Below are positions 51,501 to 62,264 of a DNA stretch of 64,000 nt, piece by piece. The notes below the pieces were generated by a model. That model did not search any database, was not told where the DNA came from, and worked only from the letters and a program-made list of their open reading frames with translations. The DNA lies in assembly GCF_964213995.1 (NCBI RefSeq), contig NC_135830.1:682001-746000 (forward strand), in the 5' to 3' direction. Within the stretch, counting starts at the first letter, position 1; each line of letters opens with the position of its first letter. The translations under genes were made by a program, and so were the position numbers. This DNA comes from Mustelus asterias (taxonomy: Eukaryota).

Positions 51501-52751
51501 AAATGACCGAATATAGAGGTAAGGGAGACAAAGATGAGGGGTCCACGCAAGGAAAGCTGAGATAGAGGTGAATTGGGCTGCTATAGGGTTGCAAATAGCG
51601 GGCCGTTGGTGATATTGCAAATATGAAGTGGCAAGCTCCTTCGTGAATCTCATTTATCATCGGAGTTGCAAAGAGACATTCTTAATGTAAGCTTGCTGCA
51701 TGGTAAAGGACGCAGTCTGACGGTAGATAAGGGATTTTTGGAGGAGGGCTGATTAAAACATATGAATACATTGAGTAGACGAACGTGGCCAAGAACAGAT
51801 TCCTGTGGAATATTTTATTTGCACATTTGTAATCGAACTGAGACCTCTGTTTGCCCTTTCGTAATGCATCTTCAGGGTCAAAAAGGCAATAGATGCAGCG
51901 ATAGCCAGCGAAGCAGACAGAACGGGAAGCAATTTGGAAAATCTCAGTAATTATGTTTTGCCTAATATCTTTGCCCATTCTGCAGTAGAAATCTATCAAA
52001 GGCGTTCGTACAATTCGCGTGCACAATGCAATATATAACTGAAGGTCAAACGATCACAGCAAAAATGAGCAAAGGTTTACTTCCAATAATGCATTTCGTG
52101 TCCAGTTAAAGAATTGCTACTTCATTCATATTGTTTGCGTGACATCTTTTTATTGCTCAAAGCTGACATTTAGGCTTTACTGATCTTACTTTAATGTATG
52201 GCCAGGTTGTTGAAGAGTGTAGAATAATTTTCAGAGACATCTTCGAAAGGACAATCCAAACACGAAACCTCAATTATTTTGAAGGAAAATACAAAAACGG
52301 ATCGGAAAAATACGACTTGACCATTTTCCTCCAAGCCACACAACACCCTGACGTGGAACCATATCATTGCTCTCTCGCAGTGCTTGAATACATATAATAT
52401 TATTAATTAGATCAATCAGAACTTTGTTCCTCGCAGCAGTTTATATACACCTGCATCAGTCGAACTGTACACGTTTAAATAGGCGAATCACGACCACTTT
52501 CACATTCATGAGGAATGCTTTTCCTGCTGACAACTGCCACACCTCAGGAAATAATATTGTTTTAAATAAAAATGAAAAAAAAAGCAGTGTGAATGGAAAC
52601 AAACCCAACATGTTGGCAGTATTGTCTATAACTCTACAGGATTGTCCAAGTTCATTGGATATAAATTCCAGTAGTGTGACTATGGATATTATAGTCACAT
52701 TGTAATCTATCTCACAGACTGAGCAATGCAGATTGATAATGTTTGATCACT

Positions 52752-52792
52752 CCGCCCTATGCAAATTCACCCTGTCTCTTGAGGTTTATAAA
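52752..52792 (+). promoter_or_regulatory. IgNAR promoter: GC box, octamer and TATA box
   Basis: CCGCCC (52752-52757), perfect ATGCAAAT (52759-52766) and TATAAA (52787-52792), ~95 nt upstream of the leader ATG. Confidence 0.8.
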
Positions 52793-52884
52793 GTCGGTGT
52801 TCAGCTGCCCACCGTTACACAGAGCACTCAGTGTTGAGGTCGAGCGATCGCCCTGTTGAGGTTTTCAGTGCTTGTGAAGAAACA

Positions 52885-52927
52885 ATGCATATTTTCTGGG
52901 CTGCGCTCCTTTTTACGTGGTTATCAA
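52885..52927 (+). CDS. IgNAR: IgNAR leader (signal peptide) exon, MHIFWAALLFTWLS
   Basis: ATG at 52885, hydrophobic peptide, phase-1 donor GTAAGT at 52928; splices in frame to the acceptor CATCCAG ending 53067. Confidence 0.92.
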
Positions 52928-53067
52928 GTAAGTTTCCTTCAGAAGAGAAAATATGTGTTAACTGGATAAAATTAGGTGGCTGCGCATACATTGTGGAAAA
53001 TTCTTTGCCTTCAAGTTCTTGTATTGTTTCAGACAAATAATTCATTTCGTATCTTTTCTCCATCCAG

Positions 53068-53342
53068 ATGCCTTCAGTACACATGTCGATCAAACACCAC
53101 GAATGGCAACTAAAGAAACAGGCGAATCTCTGACAATCAACTGCGTCCTAAGGGGTGCTAGCTGTGGCTTGTACGCAACAAGCTGGTTTCGGAAAAGTCC
53201 TGGTTCAACAGATTGGGAACGCATCACCATTGGCGGCCGATATGTTGAATCTGTCAACAAGGGAAGCAAGTCGTTTTCACTGCAGATCAAGGACTTAACA
53301 GTTGAAGACAGTGTCACATTTTACTGCAAAGCTCAAGATGCC
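53068..53342 (+). CDS. IgNAR: IgNAR variable (VNAR) gene segment, type II (CDR1 Cys), germline unrearranged
   Basis: (N)AFS-THVDQTPRMATKETGESLTINCVLRGASCGLYATSWFRKSPGSTDWERITIGGRYVESVNKGSKSFSLQIKDLTVEDSVTFYCKAQDA. Canonical Cys/Trp/Cys, CDR2 deletion typical of VNAR, extra Cys in CDR1, no stops. Confidence 0.97.
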
Positions 53343-53380
53343 CACAGCAATAAGATTGAACTGCGAGTCATACAAAAATA
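53343..53380 (+). other. V 3' recombination signal sequence (22-bp spacer)
   Basis: CACAGCA + 22 nt + ACAAAAATA. Confidence 0.9.
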
Positions 53381-53571
53381 TCTTCCGAACTCCCAATGAA
53401 GACAAGACAATTTTGTTCGCTCTTCTGGTTGAATCTGCATTTTAGCTGTGGAAACTATTTTGAAACGGAGACATTCGTAAATATCTGGTGACAGCTCCAG
53501 GATGATAAACCCCAGCATTTGAAATGTGAATGCGCAACAACTGTCTTCAACACCCAGGCAAACAGAGAAGC

Positions 53572-53648
53572 TGTTTTTGAACGGGGCTGGACCACTGTGT
53601 GGGTACAGCCACAGCAATCGAGAAGACGGTTCCTGTCATACACAAACT
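53572..53648 (+). other. IgNAR: IgNAR D1 segment (53600-53609, TGGGTACAGC) with 12/23 RSS
   Basis: TGTTTTTGA-12-CACTGTG | D | CACAGCA-23-ACACAAACT. Confidence 0.9.
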
Positions 53649-54040
53649 ATCGTCAGACTTGTTTTCTTTAACATTGGAACAATTTAACTGTTCCTCAGCA
53701 TGTCTTGCGGGAAGTTATTAATGAATAACCTGGAGGTTTAGCACGTTTACTCAAAAGAAAAAAAAATGAAAAAAGGAACATTGAGATGTTCTGCAAAGGT
53801 CGAGATTGCTCACAAGAATAAGATTGAACTTCCAGTTCAGCAAAAAATACCTTCCGATCTCCCAATGAATACAAGACAATTTTATTCGCTCTCCTGGCTG
53901 AAACTGCATTCTAGCTGTGGATACTATTCTGAAATGGGGACATTTATAATCATCTCGTGACAGTCCCAGGATCATAAACCCCAGCATTTGGAATGTGAAT
54001 GCGCAGCAAGTGTCTTCAACACCCAGACAAACAGAGAAGC

Positions 54041-54117
54041 TGTTTTTGAACGGGGCTGTACCACTGTGTGGGTACTGCCACAGTAATCACGAAGACGGTT
54101 CCTGTCATACACAAACC
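54041..54117 (+). other. IgNAR: IgNAR D2 segment (54069-54078, TGGGTACTGC) with 12/23 RSS
   Basis: TGTTTTTGA-12-CACTGTG | D | CACAGTA-23-ACACAAACC. Confidence 0.9.
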
Positions 54118-54313
54118 ACCTTCAGATTTGTTTTCTTTAACACTGGAACAAGTTAACTGTTCCTCAGCTGGTTTTGCGGGAAGTGATTAATGAATATTTT
54201 GGAAGGATAGCACATTCAGTTGAATGAAAACAATGAAAAAAAAGAACATTGTGATGTGAAGTCGCATTGGAGTATACGTCTCGAACTGAGAGCTTGGATG
54301 ACTATACATGACA

Positions 54314-54393
54314 CGTTTTTGCACTGATCTCTGCGGCTGTGTAGCTGTGATGGGCCACATCAATGAATCATAGATTCTCCTTATACAAAAACT
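54314..54393 (+). other. IgNAR: IgNAR D3 segment (54342-54355, TAGCTGTGATGGGC) with 12/22 RSS
   Basis: CGTTTTTGC-12-GGCTGTG | D | CACATCA-22-ACAAAAACT. Confidence 0.85.
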
Positions 54394-54710
54394 AGTCCTA
54401 TACTCCTGAAGACAAAACAAACAGATTTTACTTTCTGAGTGGCTCCGGTAGCTCATGGTCAAACAACTGCTGTCCTCCTCAGACACCGATTGATGCACTG
54501 AAACATTTTCTCTGTTTATTTTGACAATTATGTTTATAAATATTTGAATCGCATTTATAACATAGCACGGAGGTTTGTCCATGATTTGGACGAGTCCTTA
54601 GGAGCTATAGACAGCTGCTCGGATCCCATTATGAAGGGAACGTTTTGCGACAATTTCCAATCGATATTTTGGAATGATTGAAGCATTTTTTGTGAAGGTT
54701 TGAATGATGG

Positions 54711-54778
54711 ATTTATTGTGCTGGTGTGAAGTGATGTGCAGCTACGGTGACACGGTGATGTGGGCCACAACAAAAACC
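54711..54778 (+). other. IgNAR: IgNAR D4 segment (54739-54750, CAGCTACGGTGA) with 12/12 RSS
   Basis: ATTTATTGT-12-TGATGTG | D | CACGGTG-12-ACAAAAACC (perfect nonamer). Confidence 0.85.
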
Positions 54779-55093
54779 TCCACAACAGTTACTTCCTTTA
54801 CAACTGGCGAACCAGGCTGTATTGTACTGTTTCTTACACCTCTAATTGCACAGCATTAGAAATCCGTTCCCGATGGAAATGTTTTTTTTAATGCACCATT
54901 ATGGTCCTTAATATTGAATCACTGGATTGTCTTTCTTGTAAGGTATTACAAGTGTACACATCGCTCATGGAAAATATCTCCACAGGTGGAAACAGATCAA
55001 GAATTTAGATACATTGATAAATGCAACATTTGGAAAAGATCTTTGCCTCGATGTTGCTTCAGGACTATGATTAGAGGATTTTGCTTCATTGGC

Positions 55094-55132
55094 AGTTTGT
55101 GACATGGGCTGAATGGATGCTCAGTGACTGTG
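55094..55132 (-). other. J 5' recombination signal sequence (23-bp spacer)
   Basis: AGTTTGTGA + 23 nt + GACTGTG on the + strand. Confidence 0.8.
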
Positions 55133-55178
55133 TGTTACTACTATGATGGGGCTGGCACCGTGCTGACTGTGAACTCTG
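55133..55178 (+). CDS. IgNAR: IgNAR J segment, CYYYDGAGTVLTVNS
   Basis: GxGTxLTV FR4 motif of VNAR; phase-1 donor GTAAGT at 55179, compatible with the C1 acceptor. Confidence 0.95.
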
Positions 55179-57319
55179 GTAAGTGACGTTTCTTGCTACT
55201 TCTTCAATAAGATTTATTTTACATAAAGGTTAAGAAGAACTAATGCTTTCATTCATATTGCGTGAAGAGATGAAGTAACATTCACAGTTCTTTTTCAGAT
55301 CCCGACTTAATTGACTGTCTCATTTGATTTGGCTGGCATTTAGAACTATTTTAAACAGAACATTGTGACTGAAAATATTAGATTTTAGCTGTCAACAAAC
55401 ACTTTAAAGACTTGATTGGGAAGGTGATGCTGGTTTTTAGAGTTAAAACGGAACCAATCATACATTTTTCATCCTGACTGACCTGGTAGCTTGTAAAATG
55501 AATAGATAGTATTTCTAACCCAAAACAAATCTATGCAATATTGTGGTGAGGAGTGATCTCTACAATCATGTAATAAATGTAACGTATTGTTTCATAAAAT
55601 GCTGGTTATGGTTTTATATGACCCATAAAAACACTTCTCGCTATCCATGACATGGAAAGTAACATTAATGTCTGATCGGACCCAGAAAATATGTTGGTCA
55701 ATAACTTCTGTAAATTTCAGAATTTGGCTCAAAGGGAAATAGCAAATGATCGAGAATGGGACTGACTGGACATGGTATTAATCTATTCCTGTAGCGCCAG
55801 GAGTGCTCTAGTAATTCAGCAAACTATCTGACAAGTTTATTCCACCCTTCCCCGCCTCAACACCCCCAGCTCCTACTCCGTCTCCCATTGGCTTGGAATG
55901 CGGATTTAATTTCCAGCCAAAAGTAAGCGACAGCAGACCAGTCGAGTCTCAGTTTAGTGAATACCAGTGGAAAGCAGATTGACAGGAGATCAGTCATTGA
56001 AGAAATCTGACTTTCAATTCGCCATCTGCTGGTGTGGCACAACAAACCAGACAGATTTAACCACACGTTGTGTAATTCTGTGAGAATCCTGTTTACATCG
56101 AAACTTGTCTCCTTCAGCTAATATGGGCTCTCTGTGTGTAAAACTAGCTGATTGATCCAAAAAGTAGACACTGAAATTGAACACAATATTCAAAAGCTGT
56201 CTCTTTGTCCTTTTATATTCTTAACTCCATTAAGAATTGTTTTAAGTCTCAATGTGAATAGTGTTTTCTTACACTTCAGATGTTATGTTGTCTATTTCCT
56301 TACTTTATTTGAAGAAGCAATTTGTTGATTTGGAGTCTGAGGTCGGGAAATCCGTCCTCGCGTGGCAGTGCAAAACTTGGGCATGGGTTCGGCACGTTAT
56401 CTTCCACTGATTGCAATGAATGATTGTATGACAGCTGGCCCGTACCAATACGCCCGTTTTATGCCATCAGCACAGATGTATATTTTACCTTTTAATTTTC
56501 ACAGCAAACGGTGAGGTGCAGGTTGGATTAGAAACATCACTCATGTGTATTGTTTCACTGCAGAGGTGGAGCAGTCGTTCGAAACATCAAGGAAAGCTGT
56601 GGGGTGGGAAATTGAGTTTTGTCCCTTCAATAGTGTGTAACAAAATTCTAAAATAGTGTGTGTGCTGCGGCATATTAGTTAAGATCAATTTTAATTGTTC
56701 TGGTTATAACAGGGCATGTTAGCCAAGGTGGAGCAGGGGTGTTAATAACAAAGACGGCTTTGGCAGAGTAATTAAGGAGAAACCTTTGACTGGATCTAGA
56801 TTTTAAAAAGTGGGTATCACATGTGGGTTGAGGAGTAACTTGATGTCTTGATTTTTTATGATGAGAAATGAAGTGCCAGGAGGCCTGGTAGAAGTGGATG
56901 CTGAATTAATATCTCAAGATACATTTTACAACAATGTCGAGGCAGAATGCATACAAGTTTTATTTGAAAATGAGACAGCCAGACTCAATCTGTGGCTTTC
57001 AGTAAGACCCTGTGCATAGGCAGAATGACAGATTTGCCTCATTCTGTTCTCTACCATGAAATGATTGTACGATTTTTGCCGCTGTTTATTTTACAATGCT
57101 TCTTAGATGGCCGCAAATAGCAGAACAGTTGTAATTCGCAATATTCCAGAGGTCACGAGTGCATGAGAACAGTGAAGGTGGGAGGTTTGCCAGGGTGGGT
57201 GTGGGCATATTTTTATCATGGAATCTACAGGTAGCAATGCCGTGCAGTAAATGTTCAGTTGTATATGACCTTATCCAGGAACAGAGGCATGTGATTATTT
57301 AGTGAAAGGAATGGATGGT

Positions 57320-58630
57320 CTTGGGGATGTCGAGCATATAAGGTTGACGCTCAGACAAGGGGAGGTCATGTCTGACAAATCCTTTAGATTTCTTTGAGGA
57401 GGTAACAAGGAAGTTAGAAAAAGGAGGACCAGTGGACGCGATAAATTTAGATTTCCAGAAGGCCTTTGACAAGGTGCCACATAGGAGAATGTGAAATAAG
57501 TTAAGTGCTCATGGTGTTAAGGGCAAGATACTGGCATGGATAGAGGATTGGCTGACTTTCAGAAAACAGAGAGTGGGGATAAAGGGCTCTTTTTCAGAAT
57601 GGCAGCCGGTGACCAGTGGTGTGCGTCAGGGGTCGTTGCTGGACCACCATTTTCCACAATATGCATTAATGATTTGGAAGAAGAAACTGAAGGGACTGTT
57701 GCTAAGTTTGCAGATGATACAAAGGTATCTCGAGGGAAGGTGGTATTGTGGAAGCAGTGGGGTGGGGGGCGGGGGGGGGGGGGGATGCTGCAGAAGGAAT
57801 TGGACAAGCTAGGAGAATGGGCAAAGAAGTGGCAGATGGAAAACAACGTGGAAAAGTGTGAGGTTCTGCACTTTAGAAGCAGGAATGGAGGCATAGACTA
57901 TTCTCCAAATGGGGAAATGCTCAGGAAATCAGAAGCACAAAGGGACTTGGGAGTCCTTGTTCAACATTCTCTTCAGGTTAACGTGAATGTTCAGTCGGCA
58001 GTTAGGAAGGCAAATGCAATGTTAGTTTTCATTTCAAAAGGGCTAGAATACAAAAGCAGGGATGTACTTCTGAGGATGTACACGGCTCTGGGCAGGCCCC
58101 ATTTGGAGCATCGTGAGGAGTGTTGGGCCCCGTTTCTAAGGAAGGATGTGCTTGCCTTGGAAAGTGTCCAGAAAAGGTTCACAAGAATGATCCCTGGAAT
58201 GAAGAGCTTGTCGTATGAGGAACGGTTGAGGACTCTGGGTCTGCACTCGTTGGAGTTTAGAAGGATGAAGGGGATCTGATTGAAACCAAAAGGATACCGC
58301 GAGGCCTGGATAAAGTGGGTGTGGAGACAATGTTTCCACGAGCAGGAAAAACTAGAAACAGATGGCACAATCCCAGACTAAATGGACGATCCTTTCAAAC
58401 AGAGATGAGGAGGAATTTCTTCAGCCGGAGAGTGGTGAATCTGTGGAACTCTTTGCTGCAGAAGGCTGTGGAGGCCAGGTCATTGAGTGTCTTTAAGACA
58501 TAGATAGATATGTTCTTGATTAATAGGGGGCTCAGAGGCTATGGGGAAAAGGTAGGAGAATGGGGATGAGAAAAACATCAGGAATGATTGAATGGCGGAG
58601 CAGACTCGATGTGCTGAGTGGCCTAATTCT
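57320..58630 (+). mobile_element. Degenerate CR1 fragment in the IgNAR J-C1 intron
   Basis: ORF 57536..58279 contains FADDTK..WAKKWQM..RFTRMIPG. Confidence 0.9.
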
Positions 58631-59626
58631 GTTCCTATGTCTTATGGTCGTATAGGCAAGTGTAATGTGCAAGCTCGATGATGCGGACAGTCTAAATATG
58701 CCTCAGGCAATGGCCAGGGTAGAGAGTGAATTCAGCTATTTGACAAATTAACTTTGATCTCAGTAAATCAGAATAAAATTTTAGATTCTTTATAATCAAG
58801 AAGAGTTCTCATTAACTCACTGGGCAGAAACAATATTTGTATTGGTCGATGAATAAAAGGCACTATTGTAAAATCATTTCGTGAAGATAAATAGATGTAT
58901 TAAGCAGCAGTTTGTGTGAGTAATGAATGCCCTGCAAGAGGCAGTGGTGCCATCAGAATAATTTTAATCTTAGTCCTTCTGTGTTGGCATTGTGATTATT
59001 CTATCAGTTACTTACTTAACACTTAATGCATCGCTGTTTTATAACATCTGCCATACACACGCATTATTGCAATCTGGTATTAATCTCGGAATCCTTCTTT
59101 AAGAAAGCAACTTGCTTAATTATTATCAAAAAAATGTCGACAGTGTTAAGAACAGTGACAACGTGTATTCATATCGCAATTTTAGCGTAAAAATGCAAAC
59201 CCCAAAGCAGTTCATGGGATCATCAAACACTGAAGTCCAACAAGAGACACTGAAGGTGATATTGTCGCCAATTGACAAAAGTTTGATCAGAGGGGTAGTT
59301 TTTTTATTATTTATATTTTACTTGAATGAGTATCATAAAGGATAAAGGCCAGTGGAAGGGCGGTGAGGTTTCGGGAGAGAATTACAGAACGTTAGGAACA
59401 GCCGCTAATTGGAAGGCAACCAATGTTGGAGCAATTGAAATCAGACACAACTAACTGTGCACAGGTACTCTGTAGTTTGTGGAATAGCAGTTGTGTTCTA
59501 TGATCTAGGAGGAGTAGGTCATGGAAAGATTTGCAGAGAAGGACACAAATTTTAAAATAAATGTGTTGATTGTCCTGGGCACGGTGTAGGTCACCGAGCA
59601 TCAAAGTCATGGGACAAAGATACTTA

Positions 59627-60448
59627 TGATGTGGAGATGCCGGCGTTGGACTGGGGTAAATACAGTAAGAAGTTTAACAACACCAGGTTAAAGTCCAACA
59701 GGTTTATTTGGTAGCAAAAGCCACACAAGCTTTCGAAGCTCTAAGCCCCTTCTTCAGGTGAGTGGGAATTCTGTTCACAAACAGAACTTATAAAGACACA
59801 GACTCAATTTACATGACTAATGGTTGGAATGCGAATACTTACAACTAATCCAGTCTTTAAGAAACAAAACAATGGGAGTGGAGAGAGCATCAAGACAGGC
59901 TAAAACGATGTGTATTGTCTCCAGACAAGACAGCCAGTGAAACTCTGCAGGTCCACGCAACTGTGGGAGTTACAAATAGTGTGACATGAACCCAATATCC
60001 CGGTTGAGGCCGTCCTTGTGTGTGCGGAACTTGGCTATCAGTTTCTGCAGCTATCAGTTTCAATGCAGAAACTGATAGCCAAGTTCCGCACACACAAGGA
60101 CGGCCTCAACCGGGATATTGGGTTCATGTCACACTATTTGTAACTCCCACAGTTGCGTGGACCTGCAGAGTTTCACTGGCTGTCTTGTCTGGAGACAATA
60201 CACATCTTTTTATCCTGTCTTGATGCTCTCTCCACTCCCATTGTTTTGTTTCTTAAAGACTGGATTAGTTGTAAGTATTCGCATTCCAACCATTATTCAT
60301 GTAAATTGAGTCTGTGTCTTTATAAGTTCTGTTTGTGAACAGAATTCCCACTCACCTGAAGAAGGGGCTTAGAGCTTCGAAAGCTTGTGTGGCTTTTGCT
60401 ACCAAATAAACCTGTTGGACTTTAACCTGGTGTTGTTAAACTTCTTAC
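59627..60448. mobile_element. Palindromic (inverted pseudo-LTR) Penelope-like insertion in the J-C1 intron
   Basis: Arms 59665-60049 and 60064-60448 are near-exact reverse complements around a 14-bp spacer; 13-bp TSD ACAAAGATACTTA at 59614-59626 and 60447-60459. Confidence 0.92.
60348..60392 (+). ncRNA. Minimal hammerhead ribozyme motif (antisense twin at 59721-59765)
   Basis: CCACTCAC-CTGAAGA-A-GGGGCT-TAG-AGCTTC-GAAA-GC-TT-GTGTGG; palindromic AAGCTT stem III. Confidence 0.7.
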
Positions 60449-62264
60449 AAAGATACTTAGCATGGTTAAAAATCGGTCGATAGTTGCTCTGGTGGCTTTA
60501 AATTCACGGAAGGGAGAATGTAGTGTGACGATTTAGAATGGATTCGAATAGAGAACGGAAATTAATGAATGATGATTTCAGCAGCGCTTGTGCTCAGGTG
60601 AAAGTGAAGCTGGACGTTATATCTGTGGTGAAATCTAACGGTCTTGAGAAATGAAATGAATACTTGGTCAGAAGCCCGTCTTGTGGTCAAAACAATATTC
60701 CATTTTTGTCATCCGTCTAGTTCGGCCTCAGACAGAAAGTGGGTTCTATAGTGGGATCTGATGATCTTTGCATTCCGAAAGTTTATTTTAAGGAAACCGC
60801 TGCATTGCAGTGCTGGATGTTGGACTAACAATGGGTCAATTCAGTGACATTTGAGCAATCGCTATTTGCGGGAGTGTAGGGTTGTCAATTTACAGGTGCA
60901 TAGTCTCGTTTTGGTGTCAGATGATGTCGCCGAGGCGCACGTTGATATAAGAAGTAAAAACATATATGAGAGGAAAAAATGAATTCAACGTACATATAAT
61001 TTTAAACAACCACTTTGCGCCAAGTCAAAAAGAATGAAATGTTTGACACATTGAATTCACAATCATTTGGTTATCAATTTAAGTGATGACAAGCAAATTT
61101 AAATGTTAATTATCATCTCAATTCCTTTAACGCAATGTCCATCCCTGAATATTCTGCTGATAACTGGTGGCTGGGGGGTAGATATGGAGCTGACTACCCT
61201 AATGTTGACTTGATATTTTCTGAATTCTGTTACTAACCAGATTGTCAGTAGTTATCAAGAGATTATCAAAACATAGCTTTACAGTACGGGAACCAGCTCC
61301 CTATCTGTTCCCTCACAGCTATTCACCAGTAGATACATGTACACAGTAACTCTCCAGAGAGTTTCATACCTGTTACGATTATTTTTTTAAATGAAATTGA
61401 ACATCTTAGCAAACACCTTGGGAAACACTCAATACCCCGTTGCAATTTGCCAGAGAAAATTGAGATAAGTCTTAAAATAATACTCAAATTCAGATTGCCA
61501 ATGCGCAAGTTGAGTTGAACCTGTACCTGCTAGCATTGAACATAAATATGTAAAATACATTAAACAGCTTGGAAATTTCTGTGAACTCAATTAATGCTCT
61601 CGAAATGCAGGTCCACTAGTATCTGCAGCATGGAGTTTTTCTCAAGCTGTTGGAGCCAAAATGCAATTTCCTGACGACAGCATGAATTTACACCCTGTAA
61701 GATGCGCCTCAGTTGTGTCCCACAATAACGCTGAACTTTTCAATGGCAGGAAATTCCAGGCAAATGTAATGATGAATAGGAACGGGTCAGTGGGAATACA
61801 ATTGTAGTTGTTAGTGCAAGTATTCTGTGATGTGTCAAATATATCAACTTCCTCAACTCAGTGCCGAGAGTCAATCATGTCACCTTACACAAAAATATCT
61901 GGCCTGTATTTTTGAAAAGAATTCAAGTGTTGTCAAGTTTGTTAGGCTAACGATATAAATGACAAGTAATACACGACAATGGATTAAGTAGGTAAACGAA
62001 GAAAAAATAAAATATTTTAATCCGCTTTCACGTCCGCATAACGCCACAAATGTTATACTGACCACGAAATATCTTTCGAATATAGGCACTGATTCACTCA
62101 GACAGATGCTGCAGTTAATGTACTCTCACATACAGCAATTTGATACTGCCAGAATTATTTGATTTCGATTTCGATGTTGGTTCAGGAATAAATTTTGGCT
62201 AACTATGTTGTAAACGATTTAATTTTAGTCATATAAGCGACTAAGACCTGTTTTGTAATTTTAG

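Noticed and set aside
53019-53399. 126-aa ORF as a complete protein
   Set aside because: Its ends are intron and RSS sequence; the true coding part is 53068-53342, spliced to the leader exon.
53789-53848. Possible fifth D or second V segment
   Set aside because: No 5' RSS and only ~22 nt of V-like sequence; it is the duplicated V-stub with a decayed RSS.
53572-54778. Repeat-spacer pattern reminiscent of a CRISPR array
   Set aside because: Vertebrate DNA; the repeats are RSS heptamer/nonamer motifs and a tandem duplication.
59890-60223. Two mirror-image 67-aa ORFs
   Set aside because: Produced by the palindromic Penelope arms, not genes.
61560-61770. NF-kB/Ets-like motifs in the J-C1 intron as a candidate enhancer
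   Set aside because: Short degenerate motifs only; needs conservation or ATAC data.
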